Shown here in pieces: positions 51,153 through 64,000 of a stretch of 64,000 nt of DNA. The translations under genes and the position numbers were made by a program. The number at the start of each line of letters is the position of its first letter. Position 1 is the first letter of the stretch. Source of the DNA: Lytechinus pictus (Eukaryota); assembly GCF_037042905.1 (NCBI RefSeq), contig NC_087250.1, forward strand, positions 27,530,001-27,594,000. The letters run 5' to 3'. The notes under the pieces were generated by a model. It had not been told where the DNA came from and did not search any database. It worked only from the letters and a program-made list of their open reading frames with translations.

Positions 51153-54100
51153 CCCAGGTAACAAGCCAACGTTGGCTCCACGTTGGAAACTTGAAAGTCG
51201 TTGGACGTTGGAAAAACTTGATGGATTAACGTTGAATCGACGTTGGAAACTAGTTTGATGGAAAGATGATGGACAATCAACAATGACACGACGTTGGCAA
51301 CGTTGGAAACGTGTTAGTTGGAGAGTTGTTAGACAGTCGACAATGTCACAACGTTGGAAACACGTTTGATTGGATAGTTGTTGAACAGCCAGCAAAGGCA
51401 CAACGTTGGCAACGTTGGAAACTAGTTCGCTGGAAAGTTGTTGAACAACCGACAATGGCACAACGTTGACAAAGTTGGAAACTAGTTTGTTGGAGATTTG
51501 TTGGACGGTCGACAATGGCACAACGTTGGAGACTAGTAAGTTGGAGAGTTGTTGGACAGTCGACAATGTCACAACGTTGGAGACACGTTTGATTGGATAG
51601 TTGTTGACAGCCAGCAAAGGCACAACGTTGGCAACGTTGGAAACTAGTTCGCTGGAAAGTTGTTGAACAATCAACAATGACACGACGTTGGCAACGTTGG
51701 AAACTTGTTAGTTGGAGAGTTGTTGGACAGTCGACAATTGCACAACGATGGAAACTAGTAGGTTGGAGATTAGTTGGATAGTCGACGATGACACAAGGTT
51801 GGCAACGTTGGAAACTAGTTCGATGGAAAGTTGTTGAACAACCAACTATGGCACAACGTTGTCAAAGCTAGAAACTAGTTCGATGGAGATTTGTTGGATA
51901 GTCGACGATGGCACAACGTTGGAAACTGGTAGATTGGAGATTAGTTAGATAGTATACAATGACACAACGTTGATAAAGCTGGAAACTAGTTAGATGGGAG
52001 GTTGTTGAACAACTGACACTGGCACAACGTTGGAAACTGGTAGATTGGAGATCAGTAGGATAGTCGACGATGACACAACGTTGGCAACGTTGGAAAGTTG
52101 TTGAACAACAGACAATGGCACAACATTGGAAACTAGTGTGTTGGAGATTTGCTGGACAGCCAACAACGTCACAACGTTGGAAACGCGTGTTTGATTGGAT
52201 AGGTGTTGAACAGCCAACAAAGGCACAGCGTTGACTACGTCGGAAACTAGTTCGATGGAGAGTTGCTGAACAACCGACAAAGGAACAACGTTGGAAACTA
52301 TTTTCTTGGAGATTTGTTGGACAGTCGACAATGGCACAACGTTGACAAAGGAGTGGAAACTAGTTTGACGGAGAGTTGTTGAACAACGGACAATGGCACA
52401 ACGTGGACAGCGTAATTGGAATAGTTTATTGGAGAGTTGTTGACAGTTAACATTGACACAATGTTGGAAACTATAGTTTGTTGGATATTTGTTTGACAGT
52501 CAACATAATATCCCGGCATAATATACACAGTGTTGAGAACGTTAGAAACTGGTTCATTGGAGAATTGATAATGATATACAGACGACTACTCGCATAATTA
52601 TTAATGGGTCCAAGGGGGGGGGGTCGATCAAGTAAGTTTGCTTGTCTATGCATGTCACCCTTGGTATCCCCCAGCAATAAGGGGAAAAGAAATCGAGAGA
52701 GAAGGAAAATAATGGGAAGGGAAAGAGGAACTAAAACTAAGTCTAAGGGGAAAACAAAAATAAAGATGGGGTAGAATAGAGAGGCTGCATGCACCGGGGG
52801 ATGCAAATGTGTCGATTAATATAGAAAATAAAGGAGAAAAACAAGAAAAAAAATGTAGTTCAAGACCAGAATTTCCAGAAACGCCCTCGTCCTTTGCAGC
52901 TGGCTCGGCCTTTCACAGTAAGTACGAGATAATTCATAGGCCTACCGTCACATAACTAGAAGAAATTGAAGAAGGAAATACAAGCATCAAATGTGCCTAT
53001 TTAAAAATACCATACTATTCTGATGCGCAGAATTAGTCTCGACGTCGGACTCCTTCTGTCATGTCTGTGTAGTCTGCTTCCTTCAATTTTGAACTTGAAG
53101 AATCTGGTAGAATTTGGACTGGATAGTGGATATAGACAATTGAATTCCAGAATATCTAGTGATCTGGAACAGTACTTATAAGCTGCATATTTAGGACCTA
53201 CAATCTACAGTGGAATTTTCTTTGCACTTGCAGATAATCGGTAACTGCAACCATTGATCCCCTCCGAAAGATCCCGGAGTCAGCTTCTGTGCGCGTACAG
53301 TCCGACGCTACTATATTCGTGTAAGTAGTAGTAAAGTAGTACTTAACACCAGTCACTGCACAGTATAACATACTAACTAACCTCGTAATTAGCTTGTGTG
53401 AGTGACTAATATAATACTAACCTCGCAATACGTGTGAGTGGGAACGAGTATGCGATACCAAGGGCAAGGCAACAGTCATTGGGTGATTTCAATAATTTCA
53501 AGTACAGTGTTGAAATCTGGTGTTGGAGTTGTGACAACACCGTACTTGAATCAGGCTGGTGTTGAGATTGACCTTGGAAAATATGGTGTATTTCCGGCAG
53601 TTTGTGTTGAAGGCTGGTGTTGATTGTCATCTGCTGAACCCAACACTGCACTGTGGCTGCATGGTGTTGATGATCTACAAGCAATTTCCCCATTCAGCAA
53701 CACCGGCCCCCAGGGATTGGGAGAATCGTGATTTAAAGTTCAGTGTTGGTGTTGATGAACTGTAGCTCACGAACAGGGGGCGAACACGACGAACCATCTC
53801 CGTAAAATTATCTTTTACATTTAAGATGAGAGCAAATCATTAGAGTTTTAATACATTTCAATGAAAAATAATATTACGCTTGGTGTTGGAGCTCAGTTCA
53901 GCAGCCCTTTCACGCTCTCAACACCGTACACCGTACTTGAAATCACCCAATGACTTGCTACCTGGCATTCCTGCCTTATTTATTATACACTGCCTTGAAT
54001 TGACCTGGTCGGTCCTGCCTGGCCTAGCCTGGACCGAGTGTTTTCCAACTGCAGTCAAACCTGTAGTTGCTATGTGAGGCATGCTACACTTGACGCTGAA

Positions 54101-55705
54101 ATATCATTTAATAGTTATGGCACGAGCGAGACTGGGCCATGGCCATGCATATTGAGATATCAGTTGACTTCTATCTTAATAAAAAAGAGGCACTCTTTAG
54201 TTACAGTAGGCAGTAGTTACGTTACTCTGAGTGAGGCCAAGTTACGCGACCTCCCTTTTAGATTTTGTAAATACTGAGAGACTGCAATTACACATGTGAA
54301 TTTTTGTGATAAATAAATATCACACGTAATTCTCTTGATTCCTCTTAATTATGTGAAGAGACTTGTAACAGAAAGAATGAAAAGAAATAAATAGCTGTAA
54401 TAATAGTTGTAATGTTTTTTGATAGAATCATGAACAGGTTACAGATGATGATGGCACTGTGTTGAAAACTGTTTGATGGAGATGGTGCATCGTTGGATTT
54501 GTTTAAAATTAGACCAACAAAGAATCAACGTTACAACAACATTTAACCGATATTAGACAAACATTGAATCAACGTTTACGCTAACATTGGACTAAAGTTG
54601 AATCAACTTTCCATCAACATTGGACCAACATTATACCAACGTTGGATCAACGTCACCCAACGTTGGACCAACATTGGACCAACGCTGCCAAACCTGCCTC
54701 ATCTGGACAATGATTATGCACTCATGAATATTCATTACATCAGTAAATGACCAAAATTTTAGGTAATATTGCTATAATAATTAGAGTATTTATGTTTATT
54801 CAATATTTCCACCATGAAAAGTTTCAGAAAAGTATGTGGCTCCATTACCATATCATTTATAATCAAAACATATTATTCTAAGTGAAATATTCAAGGTTAA
54901 GTGTGGAAAATGATATTAACTGTATTCTGCCAAGTATAGCAAAGTTGCTCTATATATAGGAGTCAATGACAGGATACAGTGGATAGGTGTAGGATGATAG
55001 GAATAGGATATAGGATTAGGATGTAGGATTTTAGGATAGGATAAGACATGATGATAAAGATTAGAGTGAAGAGTTGTAATGGTGGACTTCACCTTGAAAC
55101 CAATTAATGTTTTGTTAATTACTGCCATACGTTGGAATAACGTTGGAGCAATGTTGGAGCAACGTTGTGACAACGTTGTAACAATGTTGGAGCAATGTTG
55201 CCAGACAACGTTGGAGCATTGTTGCTGGACAGCGTTGAACCAACGTTGTAAACATAGTTGGACTGACGATGTATGCAAGTGCACGTCCATCGCTGCTTCA
55301 ACGTTGCCCATCAACGTTGCAGCAATGCTGTTATTGATGACTCAGCCGACATTATACCAACGTTGGAGCATTGATGGTGGACAACGTTGAACTGACGTTG
55401 GAAATGTTGTTGGTCTGACGATGTATGGACGTGCACTTCTATCGATGATGCAACGTTGCTTACCAACGTTGTAGCAATGTTGTATTTGACTATTTAGCCA
55501 ACATTGGATCAACGTTGCCAAACAACGTTGAAACATTGTTGCTGGACAACGTTGAACTGACGTTGGAAATGTTGTTGGTCTGACGATGTATGCGCGTGCA
55601 CTTCTATCGATGATGCAACGTTGGCCTGCCAACGTTGAGGCAACGTTGGGAAAAAAATTCCCAACGTTGATCCAACGTTGGTCCAACGCTGTATTGTTAC
55701 CTGGG
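51153..55705. mobile_element. Non-autonomous DNA transposon with CCCAGGTAAC ends and CAACGTTG-rich subterminal arrays
   Basis: TATT|CCCAGGTAACA...TGTTACCTGGG|TATT; the empty site is readable in the opposite arm of the host element (~48798-48832); arrays at ~51165-52550 and ~55128-55690. Confidence 0.88.
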
Positions 55706-57368
55706 TATTTATAAATAATGGGATATTGAAACAAAATTATTTATAAATAATGAAGTAGATATTTCATTATTTAACAAATAATCTTTATTTATAAATAATG
55801 GAAAACTCGAACATTAAATAATGATTATTTATAAATAATGAGAATAATGGTGCACTCGAAAAAATTATTTATAAATAATGAAGTAGACGTTTTCATTATT
55901 TAACAAATAATCATTATTTATAAATAATGGAAAACTCAACAAATTATTTATAAATAATGAAAAACAAATAATCATTATTTATAAATAATGAAAAACAAAT
56001 AATCATTATTTGTAAATAATGAAAAACAAATAATCATTATCTATAAATAATGAAAAACAAATAATCATTATTTATAAATAATGAAAAACAAATAATCATT
56101 ATTTGTAAATAATGAAAAACAAATAATCATTATTTATAAATAATGAAAAACAAATAATCATTATTTATAAATAATGAAAAACAAATAATCATTATTTATA
56201 AATAATGGAATGTCGAACTATTATTATTTACAAATAATGAAGTATTACTTGGAATTATATATAAATAATTAGAAATGATATTTTATATAATAGTAGTTAT
56301 TTACAAATAAAATGTAAATTATATATAAATAATAGTTATTATTTAATAAATAATGATTATATAACAAATAATTGTTCTATATAATATTGGTACATTCGGC
56401 GCCTCATACATATCTGACGTCCCAAGACGCCCGTATAGAGCTCATCACAAAAGGCATGAACGTTAGGAATGTCAATATCGCAGTATACGATAAAAATCCA
56501 TTTCTAAATGATGGAATGGATGGATGTATTCGCCTCATAATTAAGGACATACCCCTGTCAGCCCATGACTCCTTAATTTGTGACGAACTAGAGATGAGGA
56601 AATATAAAACTGTTGGGAAACCCACCTACCAACGGCTCCGTGTTGATGGGCAGTTGACAGACTGTCTAACCGGAGATAGGACTGTTTACATCCAGCAACC
56701 ATCCCAACCCCTCCCTCGTTTCATGACCTTCGGCCTCTTCAAAGGGAGAATCTTCCACCCAGGGCAAATCACAACCAACACAAGCAAGGTGGTAGTATGC
56801 TCCAACTGCTTGAACGAAGGGCACCATCGTTCAAGTTGCATTAACCCGGTTGTGTGCTGCATTTGTAAACAACCCGGGCACATTCAGCGTGATTGCAGCT
56901 ATACGACCACGCCCACCTCGCAACAACAGGCTGATAACACCCGCACAGCAGATATCACCCCCGATGCCCAGGCGACAATTGAACAGTTCATCGCGTCCAA
57001 GCGAAATGCAGCTACACCCGTCACCGAACAGACGCATCACCCTGACGACCCCATACCTATGGAACCGAAGATTACGCGATCTAAAAGCAGCCGCCAATCG
57101 CAACAAAAGAATGCGTCGTCATCCAGGCAACCAGGCATATCTGAATACCTACGTAGCGAGAAAGCAAGTTCGCGAGAGTCGGCAGTCACAGAGGAAGAAA
57201 CAAACACAGATGCAACAGCTTCAGGAGATGAAGAAGAATCCGACTCGTATCTATCTCCCGAAACACCGAGCCCTAAAAAACAAGGGGAAAACCCCGTCAA
57301 GCGTAGGAGAAAACAGAAAAAATGAAGAAAAAAAAATTGAACAGTAATTATTCTTGAAAGGTGCAGAG

Positions 57369-59080
57369 ATGGTCCATATCTGTTCTAACTTGAAAACGCA
57401 GAATCTACACCTCATTTCTCTTAATGTCAGAGGCATTCGGAATAAAGTAAAACGAGGCGTTATATTTTCATGGTTATCTTTTCAAAAAGCGAATGTAATT
57501 TTATTACAAGAAACCTTCTTAACAACTGAACTGGAATATGCGTTTAGATCATAAAAATGTGGTGAGCTGAGCTTTTTCAACCATGGAACAAATCATTCTA
57601 AAGGCGTTGTGACTATAATAAAAAAAACAGGATAACATTGAAATACTCGAAACTTTTGTGAAATTCGACGGAAGGGCAATCGCTGTGAGATTAAGTGTTA
57701 AGAAAAAAGTATACTTTCTTCTAAATGTTTATGCCCCTACTAAAAAATCTGAAAAAGAAATATTTTTCAAGATAATGTATAACTGGATAAAAGATATAAA
57801 ACAAAAGGGTGATTTACTCGTATTTGGAGGTGATTGGAACTGTGTACAAGATCCCAAGCTTGATTCCCAAGGTTGTTCACAGGCTTATAAACAAATGAAA
57901 GGGTTACAAAATATTCAGAATAAATTTAGTCTAAGTGACGTATGGCGAAAATGGTATCCACTCGGAAAACAATTTACCTGGCGTCAATTAACGTTAGTTA
58001 TATCATCTCGACTTGATTACTGGTTGATTTCTTCATCATTGTATTGTAATGTTCAAAGTACTGATATCAGACATGCAATCAAGTGTGATCACTGTGCCAT
58101 ATCACTAAAATTAAGGATAGAAAGTGTTACGAGAGGAACGGGGACATGGAAATTTAATAATTCATTATTACATGATTATGTCTATAAGAAACATATTAAG
58201 TATATTATAAACTCTACATCATTTCAATGCTATATGAATGCAAGAACCAAATGGGACATTATGTAAAAAATAAGGATTCGAGAGTTTACCATGAAATTCG
58301 CCAAGCAAAAGCAAATTGAAAAGATGGAATGGTATAAAAGAACGTACGAAAAGTACATGTTATTGTGCAGGAATGTTGACAGTGGTAATTACGAAAGAAA
58401 CGACATAGCAAGAATGAACGATCTGAAAACAGATATTGAAAAATGGTATGCACATAGATGTAGGGGCGCATTTGTAAGATCTCGCGAACGGTGGATGGAA
58501 TCTGGCGAAAGATCTAACAAGTATTTTCTCAATTTAGAAAAGAAAAATGGAAAACAAAAAGAAATTGACTGTATAAATAAAAATGGAAAAATCGTTACTG
58601 GTAATAGAAACGTTCTTAAAGAAATAACAAAATATTACAAAGACTTATACTAAAAAAAGTCTTTAAGTGTACATTCCGAAATAAAAAAAGTACCTAAAAA
58701 ATACAAATTTAACTACTCTTTCTGAGGATGATGTACTGGCTTGTGTAGGCTTAATAACAGAAAAGGAATGTTTTGAAGCGTTAAAAATAATGAGAAATAA
58801 CAAATCTCCCGGCAGTGATGGGCTAACTGCTGAATTCTATCGGTGCTTCTGGGATGATTTAAAGTATATGTTGATCGATAGTTTAAACGAAGGCTTTGAA
58901 AGTCAAGAGTTGTCTGAAAGCCAGAACAGGTTGTCATTACATTGTTGCATAAAAAAGGTGACAAGAGAGTAATAGACAACTGGAGACCAATTTCATTGTT
59001 GAACATTGACTACAAGATCCTTGCAAAAGCACTTTGTAAAATATTGTATACTGTGTTAGAAAACATAGTCTCCGCAGATC
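57369..59080 (+). pseudogene. LINE ORF2 5' part (endonuclease and start of RT), copy 2
   Basis: Same motifs as copy 1 and the same stops (57552-57554, 58264-58266, 58651-58653). Confidence 0.92.
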
Positions 59081-61418
59081 GCCAAATTCATAACAGAGGT
59101 CCATCTCTTGAAGGTGCAGGTCAGGTTCGAATGTGAGTTGAATTTGATTAAGGTCAAAGGTCAATGAACTTTCACACTACTTTGTTCCTCTAATGACATG
59201 AACTTTATAATTTTATACTTTTTAACACTAACATTTTAATTCAGAACTCAGTGCTCTCTATACCTGAACCAGATTTTGTATTTTACTTGTTTATTCTTTA
59301 AAAACTGTTGTTATTTATTTAATGAGCTATAGTTCTTGGCACCATTTATAATATTCACACAAATTTGCCAATGGTACAATAGAAAAGCTGTCAAAGTTTC
59401 TTAAATGTTACCCTTCAGCTTTGCTGTATGTGCATGTTCTGGTAATACTGTAGACTGTACAAAACAAATTGATTTTACAATTTTACTCACATTATTATCA
59501 ATTACATTCTTTTCACTAACATTCATTTCCTTACTTGCATGGAAATAATTATAGGTTCATAGTATTAACAGCATTCTTAGTGTTATCTGATTTTCTAGGG
59601 ATAAAGTAGGCCTATACCATTAATGCATATGTAAACTGTCAGAACCACAATTCACCCCCTAAACTGCTGACAGCCTCAGAAGTCATATAGCATAGTTTTG
59701 ACATGCAGTCTCTTCATGACTGCAATATGCAGGCGAGACAACGCTTGGCGTTTGCCTTGTTAAACTATCAGCGTCCAAAGTGTTGCGAGTTGGGTTGAAA
59801 CAATCTATAATACGCCTAAAACGGGCAAAAGTCTAATACCGCCCAAAATGTCTAAAATACGAATGGTTCCTTAGTCCTGATCCCAAACATTCAAAATCCA
59901 TGTCATTTCAATCATACTCTCTAGATTTGTAGAGGAATATATTCAGAAGAAATTAAGACATTTAAACTATGGGGTCCATGTGCTCGTTTTCAAATTATCA
60001 GTGTCCAAAGTATTGCGAGATGGCTTGAAACAGCATAAAATGCACCAAAAACAAGCACAAGTCTGTAATACCGTCTAAAATGCGAATGGTTCCGTAGTCT
60101 TGGTCCCAAACATTGAAAATTCATGTCATTTTTATCATACTTTGCACATAGATACTTTAGCACCTGAATATTCCAAATATGCAAAAATTAACATGGGTTC
60201 ATGTGCTTGATGTTTTGCTATAGAGCTTCAAAGTTAACCCAAAATGGATGATGTTCTTAAGAATTGCGCATCCAAAAAAATTGGCATTTTTAGACCTCAC
60301 GATATCTCAACATTGAGTTTAAAGTCATATTACTTAGTGAAAATCCATGAAAACATTATCAAATTCTGCAATATGCCTGTATCCGTAAGATGGATAATCT
60401 ATGTATATTGCTATCAATTGTTTGCTCCTTTAAGTCTATCAACACTCTCAGTTCTTAGAAATTGCGGGAAAGATACTCAACCTTAAAAATTTCAAATTTC
60501 AATAACAAACTTGAGAAGTAAAAGAAATGCTGCACTTTACTCAAAACCCATGTCATTTTCACCAAACTTTGCAAAGTTGTAGAGGAAGGTATACCTAAGA
60601 CATGTAAGAGGTGCAAGCATTAAAAAATATGGGTTCGTGTGCTTATTTTCAAACTATCAGCACTCTTATTAGAGCAAGATAACTACAATGAGTTTAAACC
60701 TCTATTACTCAGTCAAAATACATGAAAAAGTCATCAAATTTCGCAAGAGAGGTAATTATTGTATCGTTATAATGGAGAATCTATTTGTAGTGCTATTTGT
60801 TTGCAATTGTAAGTTTAACAGCACTGTCAGTTTTTCAAAATGGCGTAAAAGATAACAAAATCCCAATCTAAAAAATGTGAAATTTCAGTAAGAAACTACA
60901 AAAGTACAATAAATGCTACACTTTATTCAAAACCCATGTCATTTTCACCAAACTTTGCAAAGTTGTAGAGGAAGGTATACCTAAGAGGTGCAAGCATTAA
61001 AAAATATGGGTTCGTGTGCTTATTTTCAAACTAGCAGCACTCTTATTAGAGCAAATTTGTTTCTTAAAACACCCGAAAACGTGCCAAAAGCAGTATCTAT
61101 GTGAGGAAAAATTCCGAACCACTTTTCCATTTATTCAAACTCGAGGTCATATTCATCATACTTTGCAGCACTACAGAGAAACTATTTTGAAATTGTAGAG
61201 GAAAAAAAAATGTTCCATGGACATGATGGAATAATCCTAGTTTATTAGCTTCATAAAATAACACATCGGATCTGCAGTTAGTGCAGATAAGGAGAAAAAT
61301 CAGCTCACATTTATACCTACAGCTGATTAAATCACCAGTTCATCCATTGTGACGTCAGCGCGCAGAGTGTAAAATATGCGCAGATCATGATGCGCACAAA
61401 CATAACTGTGGAACGTCC
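59081..61418. mobile_element. Right-hand remnant of a probable TTAA-targeting (Kolobok-like) element with internal direct repeats
   Basis: Ends ...ctgtggaacgtcc|TTAA exactly where homology to copy 1 (TTAA at 15529-15532) resumes; direct repeats ~60530-60680 / 60915-61055. No left TIR found. Confidence 0.55.
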
Positions 61419-62111
61419 TTAAAACACTTTTTTTGCTCGGCGGGGATGGACGAGGCGCATTTTTTTCTCTCTAAAAGGGCGCCAAAATCAGGTCAGGTTT
61501 TGGCCCCTCCTACGAAATCCCGGATCTTATTATCATTATTCTATACAGGAGGAATTTCGTATAACATTTTTTACAATGAAAAGAACCTTTAGACTTTTTT
61601 CTCTTCGAACATTTAAATTTCGCTGTAAAGTATGCTCACTGCGGATAAAAAATTTGGGCCCTAAACATTCAAGACATCTTTTTGACGTTGTTTGTCGTTT
61701 TCTCTACGCACTATCATAATTTATTTCCAAAATTCTTTGCAATTTGAGCACTGATCCACGTTTATCATGAGCTAAAAATAAAAACCATACATCCTAATAT
61801 GTTTATACACTGCACCTCTTTGTGTATCCGTGTTTAATAATACATTATACAAGGATCTCAATTCAACTAAAGAGAGAAAAAAGTATTATTACAATTAAGC
61901 GTTGTTTTATCGGTTCACAAAACAACGCAAGAAAAATTAAGATTAAATGTGAGAACACTTTCACTGTAAAGGTTTCTGAGAAAGCGAGAGAATGTTTAAT
62001 ATACCCTCGTAATTTTTTGTTCAAATGTTTTTTTAAATTCATTTTAACTTTTCTTGCGGTTTTTTTTTGTTTTTGTTTTAGGTAGGCTACTGTCCCTATT
62101 TTCTCTTCATC

Positions 62112-63780
62112 ATGGCGTCTAAGTTCCCAACAAAGAAGGGTGGAGAGGTCGAGCTTCGTACAAGGAAAGGTCATGACATGACCTGGTCATGTGACAAGCA
62201 TGGTGAGCCAATCAAATTTTACTGTAAGAAACACAAAATTCCTATTTGTCATCCATGCGCTACCAAAGATCACAGTCAGAAACCATGTGAGCTAGACGAC
62301 ATCGAGGATGTCATCTTCGAAAGGAGAAGACAGCTAGATGAAAAACGGCCAAAAGTTCAAGGACTTCACAAACAATTGGAAGCCCTCAGCACGAAAATAA
62401 AGACTGTGTCAACGTCTGGAAGTACTCATCTTCGGACAATTGACAACAACATTCAAGATTCATATCACGACAAGATCGATTCTGTTGGAGAATCAGGAGA
62501 ACAGGATGATTAGGGTTATTAACGAGGAGGCAGATGAGGAAATAAGACTAGTAAATGAGAAGAGAGAAAAACGGATCAAGGATTGCAACACCGAGAGAGA
62601 AAATGAGCGACAAATCATCAAACACAAAGAAGCAAAACTTCTAGCAGATGCAAAGAAAATCAGCGAAGTTGTTGCTAAGAAGATCAAAGATCTGACTGAT
62701 AAGAATCAGCATGTAATAAACACTGTAGAGAACATTGAATCAACCATCACACGTATTAACCAACATGATGAAACATTGGTGAATGAAGCTCCTCAAGTAC
62801 TTGCATCTATTGATGAAAATTTAAGTTTGAATGTTCATCAAGATGTTAGCGACTGTCTTGACCGAATACAGAATGAAGTTGAGAGAATGAAGTTTGTAGA
62901 GAGGGAAGTAGGTGGAGAATACTATGGTAGAATTGGTGGGTATATCGGTAAATGGGAACTTGTCAAGTCAATTCACATTCCATCGGTTGTTAATAACCCG
63001 TGTGCGCGTGGTTTAGTCAGTGATGATGAGATATGTGTGCAAGTACGTAACAGTGACATGTATATTACAAACATCAACACTCAACACACAGAGAAAGTCA
63101 TTGATGGAGGTGTGTGGATTACATCATATGCGCCCATAAACAGTAACGTAATAGTATGTGGTAAGGAGAGAGAAACTGATGATTGCACGGATGGCAGGTT
63201 GAATGGATGCATCACTCTCTATGACAGACAATGGAAGGTGATTAGAGACATCAGCATACCAAGGAATGGATACGATAGTCGTGTGTATGTTGATGTTGAC
63301 AGGGATGGGATGATCATCGCTGGTCAGTTCAATCAGTCTAATATCTACGTCATCAATCCTGCTGATGATAAGATAGTAAACACTATTACGATGCAGGGTA
63401 AGGAGGTGTGGGGTGAGATACAAGCCTTGTCATCAGGTGATATCGTTGTGGAGACAGGTGGTAATGGATTCACTGTCATCTCACGATCAGGAGAAGAGAA
63501 GGCTGTCATACACTGTGATGAGTGGGGCTGGAGCTCAGAGTGTCTCGTTGACAAACTGACAGACACACTCTACATCGCGTACAGGGATAGAGCGCGTAAG
63601 ACATACGCAGTTGATCAGGTGTCACGTGATGGTATCATCCAGGCAAGGAGGATCGTGGAATACGTGCAATCATCAGATCGCCCAGTCTACAGCAGTCTAT
63701 GTCTTGTTACTCCTTCTGGTAACTTCGTAGGGTGTGATGGAGACAAACTTCTTCTCTACAAGAAGACATTAATCTTGTAA
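62112..63780 (+). CDS. B-box / coiled-coil / beta-propeller (TRIM/NHL-like) protein, copy 2; ~555 aa if the +1 frameshift at ~62493 is corrected (probable pseudogene)
   Basis: Paralogue of 16186-17848; ggagaaTCAGgagaac versus ggagaaAAGgagaac in copy 1; splice-acceptor AG at 62080-62081. Confidence 0.8.
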
Positions 63781-64000
63781 ATCATCTAGACTATCAAAGG
63801 AATCATATCGGATTTGTAAGAGAAATATAGACCAGAGATTTGTTTTCACTTTTACTTCCATTTCAATTTACGTCATTCTAGCTCTATATGTACGTGACTA
63901 CATTCATATACACATGGCAATGGTGTGTATAATGTTGTATCAATCCATATCAAATAGAAAACTGTCGCTAATGTCCACTCCGTCTACATTTAGGTCTGTA

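Larger units (their letters stand above)
48080..56408. mobile_element. Foldback DNA transposon, IS3EU-like (TAY ends, 6-bp TSD); ~3.8 kb without its nested insert, ~1.6-kb arms
   Basis: TATGAGGCGCCGAATGTACCA...TGGTACATTCGGCGCCTCATA; TSD CATATC (48074-48079, 56409-56414). Left arm 48080-~49710 mirrors 50290-51152 plus 55710-56408. Confidence 0.9.
47872..57325 (+). pseudogene. LINE ORF1 (~372 aa, two CCHC knuckles) interrupted by an 8.3-kb insertion; segments 47872-48079 and 56415-57325
   Basis: Removing 48080-56414 restores the frame (GGLWRSYL-TSQDARIEL); knuckles CSNCLNEGHHRSSC and CCICKQPGHIQRDC. Confidence 0.92.
47644..59080 (+). mobile_element. Tx1/L1-clade LINE, copy 2: 5' UTR, ORF1 split by an insertion, ORF2 truncated in RT
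   Basis: Begins right after the candidate TSD 47624-47643; ~98% identical to copy 1 by eye; homology stops after gtctccgcagatc at 59080. Confidence 0.93.

Noticed and set aside
51135..52806. Repetitive ORFs (VSNVVPLSTVQQ...) and similar ones at 54916-55734
   Set aside because: By-products of the CAACGTTG arrays; frames are broken repeatedly.
56372..56414. N-terminus of the 317-aa ORF as a real start
   Set aside because: It derives from the transposon TIR and TSD; the true ORF1 start is 47872.

Overview
AT-rich, repeat-dense eukaryotic DNA. The repeat repertoire and gene type suggest a marine invertebrate, probably an echinoderm; this is inference and no search was run. The window holds two copies, about 46-52 kb apart, of a duplicated unit: a dead Tx1/L1-type LINE followed by a B-box/coiled-coil/beta-propeller (RING-less TRIM/NHL-like) gene. 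The LINE copies share the same stop codons and share out the two halves of one ~20-bp target-site duplication (TSD). The LINE therefore inserted once, died, and was then duplicated; each copy later received its own DNA-transposon insertions, most of which can be resolved to the base. The two TRIM-like paralogues differ far more in patches of the propeller than the flanking neutral DNA does, and each has a different +1 frameshift. Between the units are an intact 1520-aa Gmr1-type Gypsy ORF (integrase before RT; tRNA-Pro primer site; no 3' LTR), a Helentron/DINE-type element, a tRNA-derived SINE and many nested non-autonomous elements with terminal inverted repeats (TIRs). One of these is a spacer-less ~1.9-kb palindrome with a Tc1-like element at its exact centre. 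There is no CRISPR array, rRNA or convincing tRNA gene. Superfamily labels come from termini and TSD signatures only.
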